Of a stretch of DNA of 30,617 nt, positions 26,801 through 30,617 are shown piece after piece. This DNA comes from Bacteroidales bacterium (GTDB taxonomy: Bacteria > Bacteroidota > Bacteroidia > Bacteroidales > JALTDM01). Position numbers and translations under genes: made by a program. Position 1 is the first letter of the stretch. Each line of letters begins with the position of its first letter. The notes below the pieces were generated by a model, which was not told where the DNA came from, did no database searches, and was given only the letters and a program-made list of their open reading frames with translations. The DNA lies in assembly GCA_027073875.1 (NCBI GenBank), contig JALTEO010000066.1:1-30617 (forward strand), read 5' to 3'.

Positions 26801-28306
26801 TGGAGCACTAATACCATCGCTTGAGAATTCACCTACTTGATATGTTTTTCCGCCGGCAGTATATTCGTAAGCTACAGCCAATACCTCATCGGAACTCAAA
26901 GCAGAATTTAACGAGATATATCCCAGCTTAGGATTAAACCGGTATTCCGAAGGCGATAATTTACGAGCAGATTCAATTTTCTCAAAATCAATGCCTGTGG
27001 TATATCCGCTGCCCTGAAGGACAGAAGTTGCAGTATTTAACTCTCTAACTTCCGGATGGAGTGAATCAATACTTACCAATGAGTTAGCTGAATCGGATGG
27101 GAAGATAGAATTATATTGTGGATTAGGTGTTACAACACTTGATTCTATTACATTTGGGTCGCTTTCACCTAAATCCATAAAAGCAACTATATTTCTTGAA
27201 TCTTGATAGTTGCCGCTTTTATTGGTTACCCACACCTCAATACGAGTAATATTTATCGGAGAAACAATAACAGGGAGATTTTTTAGTGCTTCGTCATAAT
27301 GTTCTTTGAAATAATGTGCCAAAAAATAGTGTTTGTTGGCTTCATATTGGTCAGCATATATCTTAAATTCTTGTGTTTGTGCTCCGCCTTTGACTTCGAT
27401 AACCTGCGATTTCCCTTTTTGTTGCGAGAAGATACTGGTAATGTCTAATTTCCCGAATTTCAATTTTGTTTTTATACCAAACAAATTCTGGCTTCCGGTA
27501 ATCAATGAACCGGTCAATGGCAAAGAAACATTTCCGGCCTCAATGGTTTGGATAATCTCGTCTTCATCGCCTTCGTAAGCTAATTTCATTTTATTTTCAA
27601 AATCAAAACTGGCTTCGGTATCATAATTGGCATTGATTTTTAACTTGGTACCAATTTGCCCGACCACATTCATTTGAATTTCTTCCTTGAAATCAAAAGT
27701 GGTGTTCCGCCTTAATTTTACAGGCAGAGCAGGATTTTCCGTTTTAGACGATTTGATACCAAAGGTCAACTTCGCATTTCCTTGTGGGCGAATATCAATG
27801 ACACTGGAACCAAATATTTTATTAAATGCATCACCACCAATATGTAACTGTGGTATCAGAGAATGGTTATTTTCAAAATTGGCATTGGCGGCCTTCATAT
27901 GCCAGTATTTTTTCATGGAATTTTCCAAATCAAACTTACGGTATTCGTCAAACGACATTACCTGCGGATTACGATAATTCAAGTTACCGATTTGTTCTTT
28001 GAAAATATATTGATTGGTTACCGGATCATAAACAATTTCGTTTTTATAATTTGACGGCATTGGTCCATATAACGGAGATGTCTCGTTAGAACCTGAAAAT
28101 GGTGTGCCTTCTTCTTCGGGAAAAGGAATAGGCAAAACGACTTTTCCGGTGTCGGAAGTCTGTGTTGTATCGTTTCCCGGAATTGTATCTGACGCAGGCG
28201 AAAACGAAGGTAAAAAACTCAATACGGCAGCATCACTACGGAATAGTATTCCCCATAACGAGATAAGAATAAAGCTGATACCGAGATATTTAAAAAATAA
28301 TTTCAA
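20834..28306 (-). CDS. sprA: Type IX secretion system translocon SprA/Sov
   Basis: 2490 aa. Motifs DIRPQG, YEGDEDEIIQTIEAGNVSLP, YIDDFEGS, NDFEAANIEFI, VWVNELRL and C-terminal FGVSVRFSLAQ. Lies downstream of ruvA. Confidence 0.96.
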   Translation of the reverse strand: MKLFFKYLGISFILISLWGILFRSDAAVLSFLPSFSPASDTIPGNDTTQTSDTGKVVLPIPFPEEEGTPFSGSNETSPLYGPMPSNYKNEIVYDPVTNQYIFKEQIGNLNYRNPQVMSFDEYRKFDLENSMKKYWHMKAANANFENNHSLIPQLHIGGDAFNKIFGSSVIDIRPQGNAKLTFGIKSSKTENPALPVKLRRNTTFDFKEEIQMNVVGQIGTKLKINANYDTEASFDFENKMKLAYEGDEDEIIQTIEAGNVSLPLTGSLITGSQNLFGIKTKLKFGKLDITSIFSQQKGKSQVIEVKGGAQTQEFKIYADQYEANKHYFLAHYFKEHYDEALKNLPVIVSPINITRIEVWVTNKSGNYQDSRNIVAFMDLGESDPNVIESSVVTPNPQYNSIFPSDSANSLVSIDSLHPEVRELNTATSVLQGSGYTTGIDFEKIESARKLSPSEYRFNPKLGYISLNSALSSDEVLAVAYEYTAGGKTYQVGEFSSDGISAPKTLIVKLIKGTSFTPQMPNWDLMMKNIYAIGAYQINPSNFKLNVLYQDDKKGTAVNYLSEGAISGDALLQVLNLDNVNQQLDTFPDGVFDFIEGVTVNSSNGKIIFPVLEPFGSYMKKAIIGNNPGDSTIANKYVYQELYDSTQNTAQQVAEKNKFFLAGTYQSSSGSDIALNAINIPQGSVTITAGGRKLTENQDYTVDYTLGRVKIINQGLLESGTPIKISLESNTMFSIQSKTLMGTHLDYHISNDFNLGATILNLTERPLTQKVNIGDEPISNTIWGVDGTYRTDSRFLTKMIDKLPFLETKAMSNITISGEFAHLIPGHSKAIDKTGTSYIDDFEGSKTSIDIKSFHSWVLASTPQHQPDLFPEADTSGIVYGINRAKLAWYNIDPLFVRNQSETPDYLKNSDEQNNHFVREVYEKELFPNRQSPSNFPTTLAVLNLAYYPKEKGPYNYDITPSSYSAGMNSNGLLNNPQSRWAGIMRPLQTNDFEAANIEFIDFWLMDPFVYDSTQSGGDLYFNLGDISEDILKDSRKTFEQGLPTSDNVINVDTTVWGRVPLVQAVTNGFDNDPNSRQYQDVGFDGLSDADEQSFFGPDNIYGFDYIDSVKNIFGENSAAYQKTVSDPSSDDFHYFRGTDYDNAKVGILERYKKFNGPDGNSPTDEQSTENYPTQGTSIPDDEDINNDNTLSEAENYFQYRVQIRPSEMHVGENYITDVVVGKNKTGDPVNWYHFRIPISEPEKVVGAIKDFKSIRFIRMFLKNFSDSVILRFGTLELVRNDWRKYDASLMEGGLFQPDEPANAAFDVSAVNIEENSNKQPVNYVLPPGISRVIDPMQPQLRQLNEQALMLRTCELADGDARAVYKNVFMDVRQYKRIKMFIHAESIPGAEPINDNDISVFIRMGSDYQDNYYEYEIPLKVTPAGNYNNDDENDQYIVWPEENELNLEFAVLQAAKQKRNDAMHTSGSNVSLTTPYRVMDGNNTITIMGNPNMSNVKTIMIGIRNRRKDLNPLPDDGKGKCVEVWVNELRLTDFNEKGGWAANARITAKLADFGTVTLSGMTSKPGFGSIEKKVSERSKEDVYQYDVSSNLSMGKFFPQKAGVRIPMYLGYSERISNPQYNPLDPDIPLKVALNNPLLSDKEKEKIKQRAQDYTKRKSLNFTNVQIAKAKGKPKIYSISNWSTTYAYTETFTRNINTEYNLLKNYRGALNYNFNANPKNFAPFKKSKLLRKKYFRFIRDFNFYLMPQNLSFMTDLNRDYNEVKLRNLSEYDIIVPTTVNKNFFWNRNYNLKYKLTKSITFDFGANDNSRIDEMPGRINKDDDDYAQKRDTILSHLQNFGRPTNYQHHFNLSYNLPINKLPGFNWLSVSTRYGGRYTWEASPQLADSLKPGNKISNGQSLQINTQANMLNFYNNFPVLKRIQQKYRKNRKKKKPPKEKVYYPKQNADPVYVNLKKGIPKSILHKLKTIDVDILVTDSAGKPVKGIMKVISENRITFTPDTTIKGAKIQVTGMREKKDELWQQILERTALLMMSVKNIQVSYTDNSGTMLPGYMPGVNIMGTQKVNGIYAPGIPFIAGVQDSNFIHTAMENEWLKKDTLFYQTLAITSNKRINVRSSMEPVKGLRIDFMANWGKSENNHENISYEDGEYQPQNKMTSGNFSMSYNTWNTAFQPIKNVNGVYISDVFEQFRNYRITIAKRLARQRAANSETGYNSENYDPVTNFPDGYGPYSQEVLIPAFMAAYSGRSPDHITLSTFPSYLNMRPNWRVNYNGLTKIKFVKHFVRTATISHAYTSTYSINSYSQNLNYQPNEQDGLSYVRDLVNNFYPKEEIPTVSINEQLNPLINFDVTWNNSLITRIEVKKTRSISMNVTNAQINEMRTNEWTIGSGYRIKDLEINIGSGGTSKSFKSDLNIRIDLSIRDQMNLIHRIEENNTQVISGQNIFTLKTYADYVLGPRFNIRIFFDKIINNPRTSITFKTSNTDFGVSVRFSLAQ

Positions 28307-28311
28307 TCGTC

Positions 28312-28893
28312 TTACTGATTTTTTAAAACTTCTTTAATTAAATCTTCTACCGAAATATCAGTATTCTCAACCAATATTTTTTCCACCGTTTTTTCAATTT
28401 GTTTCTTTGGAAAGCCCAAAGTAACTAAAGCACTTAACGCTTCTTCTTTTATTGTATTGTTAGAAACAGCTAAAAAATTATCATCAATCGACAATTTTCC
28501 GATTTTATCTTTCAAATCAACAATTAGCCGCTGGGCTGTTTTTAGTCCAATTCCCTTTACCTGTTTAATGAGTGCCACATTGCCTGAAGTAATGGCTTCC
28601 TGCAGTTCCATGGGGGTCATTGACGATAAAATTAACCGAGCCGTATTGGCACCAATACCACTGACGGAAATAAGATGCCGGAAAATAGTTCGTTCCTCGT
28701 CATTTAAAAATCCGTAAAGTGCATGAGTATCTTCACGAATAATCTCGTGGATAAAGAATTGTTGCTCCGAATCTTTTTTCAATGCCGAAAAAGTATTTAG
28801 CGAGATATTAATAAGATAACCGATATTGCCGGTTTCAACAATGGCAAATGAAGGATTTACCGTTACAATCTTTCCACGAATATATTCAATCAT
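28312..28893 (-). CDS. ruvA: Holliday junction branch migration protein RuvA
   Basis: MIEYIRG, IREDTHALYGF, LISVSGIGANTA, GIGLKTAQRLIVDL, EEALSALVTLGF. Confidence 0.97.
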   Translation of the reverse strand: MIEYIRGKIVTVNPSFAIVETGNIGYLINISLNTFSALKKDSEQQFFIHEIIREDTHALYGFLNDEERTIFRHLISVSGIGANTARLILSSMTPMELQEAITSGNVALIKQVKGIGLKTAQRLIVDLKDKIGKLSIDDNFLAVSNNTIKEEALSALVTLGFPKKQIEKTVEKILVENTDISVEDLIKEVLKNQ

Positions 28894-29020
28894 AATCAAA
28901 ATTTTAAAGGGTGCTAAAATACAAAATTCAACGACATTAGGATATTTAAAAGTTAACCATTGTGAATAATTCTGTTAGCAAGAAAATTTTCCTTTATAGG
29001 ATTCACGGATATTGTTCCCT

Positions 29021-29028
29021 TAAATTTG
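29021..29028 (+). promoter_or_regulatory. -7 promoter element for the autolysin gene
   Basis: TAAATTTG overlaps the TTG at 29026, which supports the ATG at 29044 as the real start. Confidence 0.6.
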
Positions 29029-29043
29029 GAAAAAATTTTGCCA

Positions 29044-30030
29044 ATGAAGCGAATCATTGTTGTGCTATTGTTTGGTGGGTTAATTATTAATACCTTTGCA
29101 CAAAAGATAACGCCCGAAGAATATATTGAGAGGTATAAAAAGGTAGCTATTGAAGAAATGAATATCTACGGTATTCCGGCAAGTATTACACTGGCACAGG
29201 GCTGTTTAGAATCCAATTTTGGCAATAGCACACTTGCCATTAAAGCTAATAATCATTTCGGCATTAAATGTCATAGTTCATGGACAGGCAAGAAAATATA
29301 TCAGGACGATGATAAGAAACACGAATGTTTCCGGCATTATAAATCAGCGTGGGAATCATTTCGCGATCATTCTAAATTCTTGAAAGCACAATCACGGTAT
29401 GAATTTTTGTTTGAGTATAAAATTACAGATTACAAAAAATGGGCTTACGGGCTAAAAAAAGCCGGTTATGCCACTTCGCCAACTTACCCGCAACGGCTTA
29501 TTGCCATTATTGAGAAATATAATTTGTCGCAATACGACAGGGGTTATAAACAACAACAGGGGCTGCTTGCTGAAAACCAAAAACCGAAACGAGAAAAGCA
29601 TCAAAAACACAAAAGAACAAAACGCAAGAGAACAACCACATCTAATGAGGATTTCTCTTTCAATCCTTTTGGCAGAGAGATAAAAACCAACAATCGTGTA
29701 AAATATTTGATTGCCGGCAAAAACGATTCATATTACAAAATAGCCGAGGAGATGGAAATGATGAAGTGGGAAATTTTTAAGTATAATAATTTGCCGAAAG
29801 ACGCAAAAATTATTCCGGGACAAATAATTTACTTACAGCCCAAACGCGTAAAAGCCGCTCGAGGACACGAAAAATATACCGTCAAAGCAGGCGATACGCT
29901 TTACAGTATTTCCCAAAAATTTGCCATTAAATTGAAATCCCTCCGCAAAAAGAATAATCTGTCGGAAACCGACACGGTGAAAGCCGGCGATGTATTGTGG
30001 CTAAGGAAACGGAAACCACCGGAAAAATAA
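29044..30030 (+). CDS. Peptidoglycan hydrolase: glucosaminidase (GH73) plus two LysM domains
   Basis: Signal peptide, GIPASITLAQGCLES, NNHFGIKCH, GLKKAGYAT, then LysM repeats (KNDSYYKIA..., YTVKAGDTLYSIS...). Confidence 0.93.
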   Translation: MKRIIVVLLFGGLIINTFAQKITPEEYIERYKKVAIEEMNIYGIPASITLAQGCLESNFGNSTLAIKANNHFGIKCHSSWTGKKIYQDDDKKHECFRHYKSAWESFRDHSKFLKAQSRYEFLFEYKITDYKKWAYGLKKAGYATSPTYPQRLIAIIEKYNLSQYDRGYKQQQGLLAENQKPKREKHQKHKRTKRKRTTTSNEDFSFNPFGREIKTNNRVKYLIAGKNDSYYKIAEEMEMMKWEIFKYNNLPKDAKIIPGQIIYLQPKRVKAARGHEKYTVKAGDTLYSISQKFAIKLKSLRKKNNLSETDTVKAGDVLWLRKRKPPEK

Positions 30031-30075
30031 AAAAAATTCTTGAATATGGAAAATTCAACTATATATCAGAACAGG

Positions 30076-30389
30076 TTTATTTTCAAACTATTAAGTGATT
30101 ATGTATGATAATTTGTGCAAAGTTTTTTGTCCACAGATGACACTAATTTTCACAGATTTAACTAATAATCTGAGCTCGAAATGATAAATGAATCACAGAA
30201 AACAAATAGGGATTACTAGTGGAATTATTCAGATTGATTCTTCCTCGTTCCTCGTCATCGCAATGTCGTTAATTTTATATCTTGCAGGTATTAATACAAA
30301 ATAAAGTAAAACTCGCGTCATTACGAAAGAGGCAAAGTAATCTCATATTTTTACCGTATACGATTTATTTTCAAACCATTAAGAGATTA
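30076..30389 (+). repeat. 26-bp direct repeats (30076-30101 / 30364-30389) enclosing degenerate REP arms
   Basis: TTTATTTTCAAAC(T/C)ATTAAG(T/A)GATTA, 24/26 identical. Inside are AGATTG...GCAATGTCG (30231-30268) and CGTCATTACG...TAATCT (30316-30343). Confidence 0.65.
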
Positions 30390-30406
30390 AGGTTTTATCT
30401 GCATTT

Positions 30407-30616
30407 CTACATATTGCTATCTTGCAAAAACTTATGTAGATTCCACGCTTGTATATGTTTTATGCCATTTTTATCGTCAAACTGAATGTCATCTAGTGAT
30501 AATACAATTTTAGTATAATTATCGTTTATAGATTCCAGTGCAGAATATTCTCTTTTTATTGTTTCTTCATCTATCATTAAATATGATACTTGAATATAAA
30601 TTGGTTTTGTGTTTTT
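30407..30616 (-). CDS. C-terminus of an AAA+ ATPase with a DUF4143 domain, 5'-truncated by the window edge
   Basis: Hand translation: KNTKPIYIQVSYLMIDEETIKREYSALESINDNYTKIVLSLDDIQFDDKNGIKHIQAWNLHKFLQDSNM*. The YIQV..ETI.RE...DNY.K motif is typical of AAA_14/DUF4143 proteins. Not in the ORF track because the start lies outside the window. Confidence 0.78.
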   Translation of the reverse strand, partial: KNTKPIYIQVSYLMIDEETIKREYSALESINDNYTKIVLSLDDIQFDDKNGIKHIQAWNLHKFLQDSNM

Positions 30617-30617
30617 T

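Noticed and set aside
22769-27977. Several plus-strand ORFs and one minus-strand ORF (77-143 aa) inside sprA
   Set aside because: Shadow or alternative-frame ORFs within a well-supported 2490-aa gene.
30046-30108. 20-aa ORF MENSTIYQNRFIFKLLSDYV
   Set aside because: Very short, overlaps a direct repeat, and has no supporting homology signal.
1-30617. rRNA, tRNA, prophage or transposase genes
   Set aside because: No cloverleaf, rRNA-like stretch, phage gene, or DDE/HUH transposase ORF was recognised.

Overview
Chromosomal segment of a Bacteroidota bacterium (Bacteroidales-like), based on ruvA-sprA (T9SS), the short MRQLKITK-type sigma70, a GH3-family protein and several TAnnTTTG promoters. 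Most coding content is housekeeping: sigma70, an O-methyltransferase/acyltransferase/GT2/beta-barrel operon, the aroB-aroD(type I)-aroA-aroC shikimate operon, gcvT-murI-aspartyl protease, GH3, an uncharacterised 598-aa flavoprotein-like protein, HAD phosphatase with a PhoB/PhoR-like pair, sprA, ruvA, a glucosaminidase-LysM autolysin, and the 3' end of an AAA+/DUF4143 ATPase missed by the ORF track. The unusual signal is intergenic. A small AT-rich GIY-YIG nuclease gene sits inside the aro operon, embedded in a strictly alternating array of ten (T/C)GTC-tagged palindromic arms and bracketed by 169-bp direct repeats. Empty REPIN-like relatives occur elsewhere in the window, two of them carrying the same nested mini-hairpin. 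This resembles a RAYT/REPIN system with a GIY-YIG enzyme in place of the HUH transposase (inference). At least five other small repeat families also recur in the intergenic regions. No rRNA, tRNA or CRISPR array was found. All calls come from reading the sequence; no database searches were run.
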